A DNA stretch of 64,000 bases, taken from positions 66,342,001-66,406,000 of the forward strand of contig NC_087436.1 of the NCBI RefSeq assembly GCF_036321535.1, read 5' to 3'. Positions 14,132 through 26,930 of this stretch are shown one piece after another. Below the pieces are notes generated by a model. It did not search any database and was not told where the DNA came from. It worked only from the letters and a program-made list of their open reading frames with translations. Each line of letters begins with the position of its first letter. Position 1 is the first letter of the stretch. The DNA is from Camelus dromedarius. Taxonomy: Eukaryota. The position numbers were made by a program, and so were the translations under genes.

Positions 14132-15577
14132 TTCTCATGGTGATAAAATTATGCTAATAATATTTCCTAAGAAATTCCCAGTTTGTTCCACTTCTTTTCA
14201 GTTTCTAGCATAAAGCTGATAAAAAAAAAAACAAACACAGATAAACTTAAAAGTAACATGAGAAAAATATACATTTTATATCACGGTGCAATAAAAAGAA
14301 CATCAGTTGATTTCTCCTAGGAAAGTAAGTAGGGCCAGAAGCCAAAGGAACATATTTTTTAAATGTTGATATAGGTTTTTAAAATGGCAAACAAATTCTA
14401 TATCCAGTGATGTTTTAAAAATATGGAATTAAGACATGTTTAGATAAGAAAAAACCTGAGAAATTATTGCCAGAAAAATTAAACTACACGAAATAATAAA
14501 GAAAGCACTTCAAGTTAATGGAAATTGATAACAAAAAAAGAAACCTGAATTTACAGAAAGTAATGAAGAGCACCAGAAAGAGTAAAGAAGTGGGTCAATA
14601 TAAAAGATTTTTTAAATAATAATTAACTTTGCTAAAATAATGTTGCTTCTTTTCTGCTAAAATAATAATAATATATTTTGCGAGGTCTATAATCTATGTT
14701 TAAGTAAAATATATACCAACAAGAACACACATGCCAAAAGAAAGTGTAATTAATGCTGAAATGCTCAGACATGGTTTTATTAAAGTAACACAATATTTAA
14801 GCATAAACAGGAATACTCTAAAGATGCACTTGTTGTATCTAGAAAAATCACAAACACAGAAAAGTGCAGAATTATATAACCTGCAAAACTCAAGCTATTA
14901 GTTAAACCAAAAGAAACCAAAGGAGAAAACAGTGGGAAAAAAAGAAGGAAAGAAGAGACAAATTGAAAACAAATGAATGACAAATACCATTAAACTTGAT
15001 TTTTTAAAAAGTCACAATTGCATACTGCTTGTAAAAATAACTCTTCAAGCATAAAGACATATAGATTAAAAGCAAAAGTATGAAAAACAAATATACCATA
15101 CAGACAATGAACATAGGATAGTTGGTGTGACTATTAAAATGTGCAAAGTGTATTTCCATAACAATAGTATTACCAGAGATAAAGAGGTATAATTGGTGAT
15201 GGGGGCCAATTAATAAAAAGAAATCTTTAAAAAATGTATCCAAATCAGAATAGATCTTCAAAATAAATGGAGCAAAAATTGATAGAATTAAGAGAAACAG
15301 ACAAACCCAGGATTGTATTTAAAATTTTAACAACTGTCTCCCAGGAATTGATAGAAAAAGTAGAATAAAAAAATTTACTATATATAGTATATATTTTACA
15401 TATATCTAAATTGTATATATATATATATATTTGAATAACAACACCAGCCAGATTTACTTAAATAATATTTATAGAACACTATAACCAACAATAGCAAAAT
15501 ATACATTATTTTAAAGCCACATAGTATGTTCACCAAGATAAGTTTCAAAAGATTGTAATCATATAGAATTAGGTTTC

Positions 15578-16043
15578 TGTCAAGTAATCAAGAAGTCCCA
15601 AGAAGCAGTGACTACTGCAACTACTAACTTGGTTTGCCATACTTCCACAAATTTGATCCATAAGGAGATAATGGAACCATATAGACCTCAAAGGACTCTC
15701 ATCACACAGCAGGCAGGAGAAGAATCATGTTTGCACTTGTATTCTTTGACCCCAAATCCTGAGGGACAGTGCACAGCAGGTCCAAGTATAACTGATCACA
15801 AAGGTGTATATCATGGCTGAAAACCACTGAGCTTAGACAGCTCTCAGTCTTATAAAAGGATTGTCTATCCTTCCTCAAGAAAGTGACATTGTCTTTACTA
15901 TTCTTGTCAAGAAACAAATCTACCTTCTGACCTGGAGGGAAACACTATCTCTACCTTTCAAAAGTATCTTCTGTGAAAACATCTTTGAAAAGAAAACCTG
16001 ACATAAGACGTGTAGAAATGCCATGAAGATTTGCTTTCCAACA
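15578..16043 (-). mobile_element. ERVL solo LTR, LTR40-like
   Basis: Starts tgtcaag, ends ttccaaca. Internal ggagggaaacactatctctacc and cttataaaagg motifs fit the LTR40 family. Inserted in the L1 EN region. Confidence 0.65.
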
Positions 16044-16958
16044 AGCATAACTGTATCAAATTGGAATCCAATAGCTAGATAAGTATTAAGATAGCTAGAA
16101 AATACTCAGATATTTGGGTAACAATTGTGCATGGGCCTTTCATGTTGCAGATGATTGAGCAATTTGTGTCATCCATGAATTCTTCATGCACCTAAGTGCA
16201 TTGTCCGTGTGACCTGGTCCATCACCTTGGTGACCCTGGCCAGCCTGATGGACTGCACATGGCTCATGTTCATGATGGTGTCATGATGACAGTTGGGCAG
16301 AGAGTTGAATTATAATTTTAAAAAGTATCAATAGGTATAGGTAGTAATTTTAAAAGTCCTTAGAATAAAACATAGAGCTTTATAAACTTAATAAGAGAAT
16401 GATATAAGCCAATGATAGAATCATCTAACTAAGAAGCTAAGTAATAAACAAATTAAGTTCTTCTATTCATTTAATGAGAAGAAAAAATGTAGTAAAGATA
16501 AGATCATATATCAATAAAGAAAAACACAAATAGAGAAAAACAGGAAAGCCAAACATCAATTTTTGATAAACTCCTAGCAAGACTGATCATACAAAATAAA
16601 AAATCAAATTAAAAAATAAAAAACTATTACAGATATTAAAATGATAATAGAAGAATAGATATAACTTTATGCTAAATATTATCATTTTTAAATTATAAAT
16701 TCCTTGTCAAGAACAAATTGCAAAAACTGATATGAAAAAATAAAAAACAATTCTGTATTTTAAAAAGGATAAAAATTTTTCTCAAAAGTCTTTCCATGAT
16801 GAGAATTCCATACCCAGTTGATTTTACAGATTAAATCTATCAAACATTTTTTTAAAAAGTATCTAAGTCACCTGATATTGACCAAGACACAAAGACAATT
16901 TAGTGAAGAAAGGATTTTTTTCAACAAATGGTTTTTGAGCTTCTAAACACACAGACAT

Positions 16959-17056
16959 GGGTAGGGAAATAACTCAGTGGTAGAGCGCATGCTTAACATG
17001 CATGAGGTTCTGGGTTCAATCCACAGTACCTCCATTAAAAAAAAGAGAGAGAGAGA
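16959..17056 (+). mobile_element. Camelid tRNA-derived SINE (Vic-1 type)
   Basis: ataactcagtggtagagcgcatgcttaacatgcatgaggttctgggttcaatccacagtacctcc plus an A/(GA)n tail. Confidence 0.9.
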
Positions 17057-19719
17057 TCATTCAGAGAAATAAGTTGCATTAGCAATGGACAAAAAAAAAA
17101 TGATTATGCCATATTAAATACACAAACCTCACAGACTTCATGCCTTTCACAAAAACTAACTCAAAATAAATCATAGACTTAAAACCATGTGTCGTTTGAA
17201 TAAGGTGGAAGAAAATCTGTAATAAATCAGTTTTTGAGTAAGTTTCCAATGTTTTAAATAAAAAGTACACAATAGTATTAGTAAGAATTGATTAAAAAGG
17301 CAAACTCACTCAATTGTTACCCAACACCAAATTTTACTCATTATTAGCAAAAGATGAAAGCAGAAAGTGCCATCTCTTAGAAGACATTCAAGCAATAAAA
17401 TATAGCTTCTAAAAAAAGAAAAAGAAATGTATCTTTTTCTGCATTAGTACATGTTTTGTTTCCAGAATATGGAAGGGTGCTATGTGTTCATCACATTAGC
17501 TAAGAGGAAGTCATTTGATTTGGAGCTTTAGTTTTTATACTTCAGTAGGCACGCAGGTAGAGAGTCTGTGTGTATAACTCTATTCTCCGGCTAGCTGCAT
17601 CCCATTAATTCAAGTTAATTTACCATAAGCAATTTAAATAGAACAATCTAAAGAGATCTGCCTAAACATTCTTAGGTAAGGACTTCTAGCTCATCTACTT
17701 GTTAACCGTTGTTCGAAAGAATTCTGCTAAAGCCAGCTTCAAGTATTTCCTCTCTGTGGATATTGCATATAGTTCCTTACTACATTAGTGGTTTCACCAG
17801 GTGCACAAAGAACGGATTGCCATTTGCTCTCTCTGTATGTGGATTGAGCATGCTCACGCTTGTCATTTTATGAACCAAGTTGGTTAATTTTAGAGGTCTG
17901 AATAAAGCACTTTCATTATCACCCCAGTCTCTTTCTAAGCCAGCAACTGGTCTTTATGGTAGGCATATACTTGATTATTCTTCTGTTTCTATAGGGACTT
18001 CCTTAACTGAATATTCTACATGAGTATTTTTTAAAAATTAACCAATCATCTAGGACCCATTTGCCTGAACATACTATGAGGTCATTGATTCTGCCTAATG
18101 GTGTGTCAATATCTGACTATGCTCCCTGGGCAGGAGGGTAATTCCTAAGTACACTCATGACTTCTAACTCTGCCCATTGTGTAGATTTACTCTCATTTTT
18201 TTTTTTCACCAGTTTTATCTTCTACAGATTCATTACAATTCACAATTTTCACTTTAGGAATGAGTACTGGTGAGCCAAGTAGCAAGTTTTGGCTTGACTA
18301 GGAGAAATGTATAGGGTTCAGAGTACACAAATAGCGAAGGGGGTGGGCTGACCCTTGGAGTGCTCCATGCTTGACCACACAGTGAGGCAGCCTGTGCACA
18401 TATGTGATGAACTGCTCCTGAAATTCCCCTGTGAAATACTCTTGAATATGCCATTTCCAATTTATCAGTAAGCTCTACTGAACTAATCTGTCTCTATTCA
18501 ACCCTTTTTCAGCATTACCCAGAATAATTATACATCTTTCCTTGATTGCAGCCTATTCCCACACTCAATAACAAGCTAGTAATTTCCTTTTAGAGGGTAT
18601 ATATCAAGGTGCTGCATTAGGCACTTTGAGTCTAAAACTCTAGTAGTCTTCATTAAATTACAGTATTTGATTGTCTTAGACCAAAGGCTTGTGGTCTAAA
18701 TTCAAACACTTTTAAAATAATTTGAGCAAATAGGTTATAATGTTGAGTGACTCGGCCTGAGCCACAATCTTCTGGAAATCATTTACAATTTCTTCTCAGG
18801 ACTCTATTAATTTCATATTTCTCTTTTTTTTTTATAGAACCCAGTAGTATTCCTATATGAGAATACAGTTCACCAATACCTGTACAGTCTTACCAGTCTC
18901 TGAACTTCCTGTTTAGTTGCGGGATCAGAAAAAGATAGCACTTTATTTCTCACAGTTTGAGGGATGATTAGGAAAAAATAAGATACTTTATAATTGGAAG
19001 GAGAATGATAATTAAAAGTTTGAGAAATGCTGGTCTAGGTTTTTTTGGTTTTGTTTTCCTTCACCTTTCATTATTGAATAAACTTGGTCCCTTTCTCGTA
19101 AAATAATTGAATGCACATATATGGTTATATTTCTGGTCTTTTTTTTCTCCTTTTCCATTGCTGTATTTCTATAATTGTGTCAATACAAACAGCAGCTTGA
19201 AATCATGAAGTTTAAGTCTTCCAACTTTGTTCTTTTTCAGAATAATTTAGCTGTTCTAGGACCTTTAAATTTCTACACACATATTAGAATATGCTTGTCA
19301 TTTTTTATTACTAAAAACTGTGGGATATTGTTTAGAAGACTCCTCAGTCTTTGATACCTACTGAAATACTGCTCTTAGAAGTAGGTCAAGAAAAGATAAT
19401 ATTCAGAAGGCAGTAACTGATTGGCTTAATTCTCTTACCATGCTTGATATTAACTGATGAGAAGAAAGATCTGTACAAACCAAAGTAAAGATGGCATTAA
19501 GGAGAAATGGAAAAGACTAATTTTCCTGTTCCCTTTCAGTTCTCATTCCCATTACATAAATCACTTTCTTCTACAGAAATGTTATAAATTAATGGGTAAA
19601 AGTGGAAGAATGTGACTTAAGGGAAATGTTTTTCCTTTTGGAAATCAGAAGATAGGAAAAAAATTTCTATTTCTTAATATTTCAAATATTTTCTGATGGT
19701 TTTGCCTCATGGCGATTTT

Positions 19720-20010
19720 TTTTAGACCTTTATTGTGGTATGGTTTCTGTATAGTAAACTACACAGATTTCAGGTGCACAATTTGATGAATTTTGATAGA
19801 TGTATACATCCATGAAACCACAATCAAGATAGCTAACATTTCTATCACTCCCCAAGAAGCACAATTTTTGAGTTCCCAAATTACCCCTTCCTAACCTCTG
19901 GTAACCCTAAGTTTGTTTTCTATGTCTGTGAGTCTGTTTCTGTTTTGTAGATAAGTTCATTTGTGTCCCTTTTTTAAGACTCCACATGTAAGCAATATCA
20001 TGTTGTTGTT
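19720..20010 (-). mobile_element. L1 3' end fragments (older L1M plus artiodactyl/camelid-type)
   Basis: ttttattgtggtatgg..ttttgatagatgtatac, then ctctggtaaccctaagtttgttttctatgtctgtgagtctgtttctgttttgtagataagttcatttgtg. Confidence 0.75.
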
Positions 20011-20286
20011 GATATGGATAATTTATTTTTCTAGTTAACTTAAAAGTTATTCTGCAATAGTCACAGTACAAATGACACATGTAGGATAGTGTTGAAGTAG
20101 ACAGGACTCATTCTTAACATAGTAGTGAGATCATTGTACTCAAGTCAATTTTCTCTTGTGAGCTCAATTGGCAAGTTAGAAGGTTTAAAAGAGTTACATA
20201 CAGAACCTTGATATTCTAAGAAATTGCTTTAATTATTTAATTAATTATTTTAAGATGTAGAGATCTACACAGGATCTTATATTAAA

Positions 20287-20482
20287 CAGCACTTCTGTTC
20301 AATAGAATTTTTTGCACTGATGGAAACATTACATAATTTGTACTCTCCAGTACAATGACTAGCCATATTAAGCTATTGAACACTTCAAACATAGCCTGTG
20401 TGACTGAATTTTAAAATTTATTTAATTTCAATTAATTTAATATTACATTTAAATAGACACAGATGGCTTTTGGCTATTATAT
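20287..20482 (+). mobile_element. MER3-like hAT-Charlie DNA transposon fossil
   Basis: ctgttcaatagaattttttgcactgatggaaac..actagccatattaagctattgaacacttcaaa..atttaatttcaattaatttaa..aaatagacac. Confidence 0.8.
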
Positions 20483-21825
20483 GTTTTCATTTTTGCTGAC
20501 AATATATACTATTTCGTTATTTGTCTAAGTATGATCATGACCACAGTTATCTCAGGAAAGCATATTGGCTTTTGTGTGTTATTTCATATTATTTTAAATT
20601 TCATTTTGCTTCCTATAGGTATCCCACCAATCAGTGCTGGTCAGAGATCTTTTCCTTTTATATTAAAATCTACTGAATTAATATATGGAAAAGATTTTGT
20701 ACAACAGTCACATAAAAATACAATTCCAAACTATTTAATGTTGTATTTTATTTTCTTCAAAATAAGTATAGTTTGATCATTATATAAAATGTTGTTATGG
20801 CTATGGAGAAGGACCAGAAAAGAACATACTCAAAATTAAAACCATTTTTCTTGTTGGAATGATAAAACTCAAACTAGTTTTTCTTGTTTTATAAATTTTT
20901 TTTCATATTGTTTCAAGGTTGTTTGTCCAAATATTTTCACAAAGCAGCCTCTCAAACTTTTAGAATTCATTTAATATCAAGATGATGGGCAAAACATGGT
21001 TTATTATGCATAGGCTTAAAAATTATTTCATCGTATCTGTGTAGAGAAGGCCATGACTCTTGTTTAATAGGGTAGAAAGTGCACAGAACAACAGTTAAAG
21101 CGATCTGATAGGGTAAGTATAAAATACTTTCTGGGAGAATAATGATAAATTTCCAACACAAGTAAAACTTGCAAAGGTTACAAGACATTTTACATGTCAC
21201 AAAATGTAATTCGTAGCATAAAAGCCAAATAGGAAAGCAAAAATTGGATGTTGTGTTCTATGTATCATATGCTGAACAGTAAAGTGAAATAGCAGGGAAA
21301 TAAATGAATCAGAACATATAACTTATGCAAGCATAGGTAAATTTATCAAAAATATTTAGGGAATAACATAGATACATGAAATCCATTGAATAGTGTTAGT
21401 TAAGTAAATAAAGAGTCAAAGATATTTAAAGCACATTACTGATGGCAACAAGCCTTGTTATTTAATACTGTGTATAACATTTATACTTTAATGATAAATG
21501 AGTCCTCATGAGTTTATATAGGTAAATTTTTAAATTCAAATTGGAGAACAAACTTATTGCTTGTCTTTTTACTTATACTCCGGGGAAAATATACATATTT
21601 AGTCTCATAAATCAATGAAGCACCGTATTCCCAAGAAAAATTATATGACTTGCTAGTGCTTCAAAGACCAGTGAAATAAATGGTACTGGCGAAATATAAT
21701 AGTACTATAAGTTTCAAAATAAATGAGATTTAAGATCATATTGAGATATCAAGATTTGAGGAACTTTTTTGATTTAGATTTTGAAACAATTTATTATCCA
21801 CAACCACACAGAATGCATGGACGTA

Positions 21826-22312
21826 CAGGCATACCTCTGAGGTATTGAAGGCTCACTTCCAGATCATCTCAATAAAGCAAATCTCACAATAAAGTGAGTT
21901 GCATGAATTTTTTGGTTTCCCAGTACATAAAAAGGTATGTTTACAGTATACTGTAGTCTCTTAAGTGTGTAATAGTATTATGTCTAAAAATGACAATGAG
22001 CATACCTAAAAGATACATTATTGCTAAAAGAAAAAAATTGCTAACCATCATCTGAGCCATCAGCGAGTTGTATTAGTAACATCAGAGATCACTGATCACA
22101 GATCACTGTAACAAATGTAATAGTGAAAGAGTTTGAAATATTTCGAGAATTACAAACATATGACACAGAGACACAACGTTAGCAAACACTGTTAGAAAAA
22201 CCAGTGCCTATAGACTTGTCGGATGCAGAGTTGCTACAAACCTTCAATTTGTAAGTAATACAATATCTGTGAAGCTCAATAAAGCAAAGCCCAATAAAGC
22301 AAGGTATACCTG
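21826..22312 (-). mobile_element. Internally deleted Tigger1 derivative (Tigger1a_Art-like MITE), TcMar-Tigger
   Basis: Terminal inverted repeats caggcatacct / aggtatacctg. TA duplication on both sides (21824-25, 22313-14). Both Tigger1 ends present, no transposase; 487 bp. Confidence 0.9.
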
Positions 22313-22329
22313 TATGAGATATTGGCTTG

Positions 22330-22470
22330 TGATTTAGAGACCAGATTCTGATTTCTAACACTAATTAGTTTTGCTTTGCCACTAATTATCTTTGTGATCT
22401 AGGGCAAATTATTGAACTTCTCTGGGTTATGGTTTCCTTATCAATAAAATATGAGAGTTGAAGTGAAATG
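22330..22470 (+). mobile_element. MIR SINE fragment
   Basis: ctttgccactaattatctttgtgatctagggcaaattattgaacttctctgggttatggtttccttatc. Confidence 0.7.
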
Positions 22471-23110
22471 TTGCAAAATGAAGTATATCGGCTCAGAATA
22501 AGGATCTAGGTTTTATGCTTATTAGCTATATAGTCTTGAGTAAATTATTATTATCTCTGTATTTTTTTTTCTTAAATTAGAAAACAATTTGATGAGGACT
22601 AAGGCCATTTCAAACTTTTTTCTAAATTCTAAGACTCTAGTATTAGTCAGGACATGAAGGCATAAAAACGGGCCAAGGTCACACAGTAAAGCAAAGGTAA
22701 ATATAACAATAAATAAGCAAGGCAAATGAAAATTTTTTTTATTATTTTAACGTTCAGATATATTAAGATAATCAGAGTCAGACAACTATGTATTCAATCA
22801 TTCAATGTTTCTATCATTTATACTTTCATTAATATATTCTTAGAGTTTTCATTTAACATGCATTCTTACAAATCCCCATGTGTTATGCACTGAGTTATGC
22901 ACCAGAGTGGCACAACTACATAAGTCATCACACATGCTTTGGAAAACATGTTAGTATAGTAAGAGAGCTAGGCATATTAATGAGTATTAGGATCCAGATG
23001 TGAAAATAATGTTTCAATACACAAAGTAGCACTGCCTTATTGGAGTTTGGAAGATTTGACAAAAACGTTCACAGGGGAGAAAGAATTTGAGTTGGATATT
23101 GAAGGATGAT

Positions 23111-23461
23111 TTCTATATTTGGAATTTTTGTGCCCCTCAAATTCATATGTTGAAAACCTAATGTACTGTATGATAAAATTAGGAGGTGGTGCCTTTGGGA
23201 TGTGATTGAGTCATGAGGACAGAGCTCTCATTAATGGATCCCTTTTAAAGAGGACCAGAGATTCGTGGCCGCCTACCCTGTGAGGACATAGCAAGGAGCC
23301 AGCAGTTTGCAACCTGGAAGAGGACCTTCACCAGAACCCAAACATACTGGTGCCCTGATCTTGGACTTCCCACCCCTAGAACTGGGAGAAATAAGCTTCT
23401 ATTGTTTATAAGGCATCCAGTCTGTAGTGTTTTGTTACAACAGCCCGAACAGACTAAACCA
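23111..23461 (+). mobile_element. MLT1A-type ERVL-MaLR solo LTR with intact 5-bp TSD
   Basis: tgtgcccctcaaattcatatgttgaaaacct..gatcttggacttccc..gaacagactaaacca. ATGAT duplicated at 23106-10 and 23462-66. Confidence 0.9.
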
Positions 23462-23474
23462 ATGATGTTCCACG

Positions 23475-23830
23475 TAATATTGCTGCATAATAAGGCACCT
23501 CAATACTTAGTGCCTTGAAACAACAATTAACAATTATCAATGAAAACAATAATCAACAATTGGGATCTTGAACTTGCAATTTGGGAAGCACTCAGCAGGC
23601 AAGTCTTATCTCTGCTGCATATGGCCTGAGTTGGGGTGGCTTGACTGGGAACTGGGATAGTCACCTTGAAGATGCTTCCCTCACATTGTTTGCAAGCTGT
23701 TCTTGCCTACCTGCATCACGGGTGGGGACACAAGAATGAGCATCTTGAGACAGGCAGGTAGATGATGTTGCCCTTTATGACATGACCTTGGAAGTTACAT
23801 AATATACTTCAGTTGTAGGTACAGGTTTGC
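23475..23830 (-). mobile_element. Older MLT1 (F/H-like) LTR fragment
   Basis: tattgctgcataataa..cctcaatacttagtgccttgaaacaac..ccctttatgacatgaccttggaagttacata. Confidence 0.6.
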
Positions 23831-25019
23831 CCAGATGCCAGTGGAAGCAATATATCTGCCAATAGATAAAACGAGCATAACATCTCATTGTAAGAATAGC
23901 CTGTGGAATGAGACAAGTAGTTTGTGGTCATCCTGGACAGTAAGACCAGCCACAGAGGATTGGCTGGGGGTGGTTTTGTTTGTTTTGCTTTTTTCAGATA
24001 GAGAAGATAGGTAAGAAATTTCAAGGAACTATATCAGCATGAACAAAACAAAGAATAGAAGAATATTTGGGAAACTGGAATTATCAACAAATATTTCCAG
24101 TGTTTTCAATTATTTCTTGTACATAATCACATTATTATTTTCTAATAATGCTTCATATAACAAATATAAGCATAAAAGAAAATAAGCAAGTATCATAAAA
24201 ATTTTTTATTCTTTGATAACCTCACCTCCTTAAGCAGTAAGTTATGCCTATTGAAATTTATTTTATTTTACAGTCTAATTTTATTAAGGGGAAAGTGCAA
24301 TTTTGATGAAAACCCTAAAGGAAAAATTAAAGAATATAAAACAACTCTATTTAGTAAAGAGCAATAAGTAATTTGATTCCAGCAGGGATTTACTATAGAA
24401 TAGAAAACAAAATATTTAACAAAAAGGAACATTTCAAAGTTTGAGGAAGTAATTGGTCTTAGAAAGGAAGCTGAAGTGATACTGGCCTTCTTAAGTTCAT
24501 GTAGAAAGTACATGTATCTCTAGAATACATGGTATTATTTGAAGCTGCACACATTACCCAGATAATCAATATGAGGAAGAGATATTTTGATCTTATTGTT
24601 GACCATCATTATCCAACTAAAGTTTTCAAAAGCATGTAGACAACAATGTCAAGAGTCATCCAATTAATAGTATTTTTATTATTTAGGACATCTTTCATTA
24701 TTTAGGACATGATAAAAATGTTGGAAAGAAATAAAAGGTTAAATTAGTGGTTTGGCTTCACTTTCTTTTGGAATTTATTTTTATCTCTCCTACTAATTTC
24801 TGTTTCCTTATTTTGACCTTTTTAGAAAAAGATTTGGAATGTTATAAATGACTGAAATATATTAGTGTAAGTTTAATTTTATTTAGCAACGATTTTATAT
24901 GGCCAACCTGTCAAAGGAACAGTGTTTTTTTTCCGTGCATGGTATGCATTTTAACTGCAGTACCACTAACACCCACATACACACAGGTAACACACACACT
25001 TCCCTTCAATAGCAGAGCT

Positions 25020-25472
25020 TTGGTTTGGGTCCTCTAAGAAACAGATGCCAAGATGGGATTGGATTGCAAGACATTTATTGTAGGAAACTTCTGTGGAGAA
25101 CAAAGATTAGAGAGAAGGAGTGGAAAGGATAGCTTTCAGATTCTAATGCAGGTATGACATCTCTAATTGGAGAGGCTGAAGGAATGAGAATTGGGTAGAA
25201 AGATTCTCAGACTTCAGCACAAATTCTGAAAATTGTAGCTAAACTAATGCAGAGACCAGAACCAAAGTTACCCATTATTCAAGTTTCATGGTCTGTTTGA
25301 ATGAACTGCCACTACTAAGGTGGCTGTGCTAAACTACTGGCTGGGAATACCCCACGGAGTATGCAGGCTTAGGGTGACTGTCATGGATTTAGAGGGACAG
25401 GAGCTACCAGTCGTCTGTGCTCCATAGCAGGCATCTGAGCACTGCAAGTTCATGGCTGCCACGGAAAGACAT
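25020..25472 (-). mobile_element. LTR16-like ERVL LTR
   Basis: gggtcctctaagaaacagatgccaagatgggattggattgcaagacatttatt..catggctgccac. Confidence 0.7.
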
Positions 25473-25839
25473 AATAAATAGGTTAAAATGTAAAAGTGAC
25501 ACCAAAAAAGAAAGTCCACTCAAAATAACATTATGACTCTGTAGGTTTCCCATCTCAAATACAGTCAGCTGAGTTTTTTTTTGTATTATGCCCTAGTATG
25601 GGCAGCAAAATATCTGAAAATGAAAAGTCAAATTATGGAAGGAAAGCAGCAGAAAATAGTCAAATGTAGTTATTCATAATGATTGAGTTCCAGAAATATT
25701 AGTGAATTCTAATCAAATTTCTAGCAGTTAATGCATACAAGGAAGATGCTCAGTGTTAGGCGTGAGATGGGAATTTAGTGTCATGAATCACTGATACAAG
25801 TGTAAAAACTAAAGCTGTGAAACTCATAGAAGATAACTT

Positions 25840-26930
25840 AGTATAGTCTCTTGATATCACCATTGGTAAATATTCGTTTTATAAAAAGCAAACATTATTT
25901 AAAAATGAAAACAAATCCTGATAAATTGCCTTCATAAAATTAAAAAACATTGTTTCAGCAAAAGACATTTTGAGAAAAAAAAGTATAAGCCACAGAATGG
26001 GAAAATTTATTTGTAAATGGTATACCTGATAAGAAATATATATACAGTATGTGAATGACTCTTGAAACTTAATAATAATACAAATAAAACTTAATAATTG
26101 GCAAAATTTTGAACAGATAATTCGAAGGAGAATATAAATAAATGGCCAATAATCACATCAGAAATGCTCAACATCATTAGCTATCAAACAAATGAAAATT
26201 AAAATGACAATTAAATACCAGAAAACAACCATTAAAATAACAAAGCTGTAGAAAAACAAACTCCAATACACCACTGTTGTACACGCAAAACAGTACAACT
26301 ATTTTGGGAAAAGATTTGGCACATTCTTATAAAATTAAAAATTTACCTAAAATCCAAGCCAATTATTCCACTCCTCTTATTTAGCCAAAATAACTGAAAG
26401 CATACATCCACCAAAAAATTTGAACATGAAAGTATAACATATCTTCTTTTAGGAAAACAAATTCTGAAGACAATTTAATTATCCAATAATGATGAAAAGA
26501 TTAAAAACTTGTAATATATCCATATAGTGAAATACTATTTAGTAATTTAAAAAGAACAAAGCAATAACACAACAAATGGTTGGTCTATGCAACAGCATTG
26601 GTTAATCTAAAATTATTATATGGAGTAAAATATTCCAGAAACAAAGACTATATAACACATAATTCCATTTTTTTAGAATTCAAAAAATGCAAACTAATAT
26701 GCAATAGTAAAAATCAGATACATATTTGTCTGGAGCCAACAAGGGGAGGGAGAGAAGGGACTATAAAGAGGCATGAAGGCGCTGGGGGAAGTGATGGAAA
26801 CATTCCATACCTTGATTGTAGCTGTGATTTTGTGATTTTGACATATCAGATCAAAACTTATCAGAGTCTAAACTTTCAAATGCATCAAGTTTATTTTAAA
26901 GAAATTATCACTAAATAAAACATATTTTAA
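25840..26930 (+). mobile_element. Old L1M LINE ORF2 end and 3' UTR
   Basis: aagccacagaatgggaaaatttatttgtaaa, atgctcaacatcattagctatc, ggggaagtgatggaaacattccataccttgattgt. Confidence 0.8.

Larger units (their letters stand above)
14400..17290 (+). mobile_element. Old L1M LINE (ORF1 end, ORF2 endonuclease and later ORF2 pieces), interrupted by an LTR and a SINE
   Basis: A-rich. Decayed EN motifs at 15040-15560 (ataaagacatatagattaaaagcaaaag..atataccat, tttatagaacac..caacaatagcaaaatatacattatttt) and later ORF2 pieces (ttcaacaaatgg, aaaaactaactcaaaataaatcatagactta). Confidence 0.8.
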
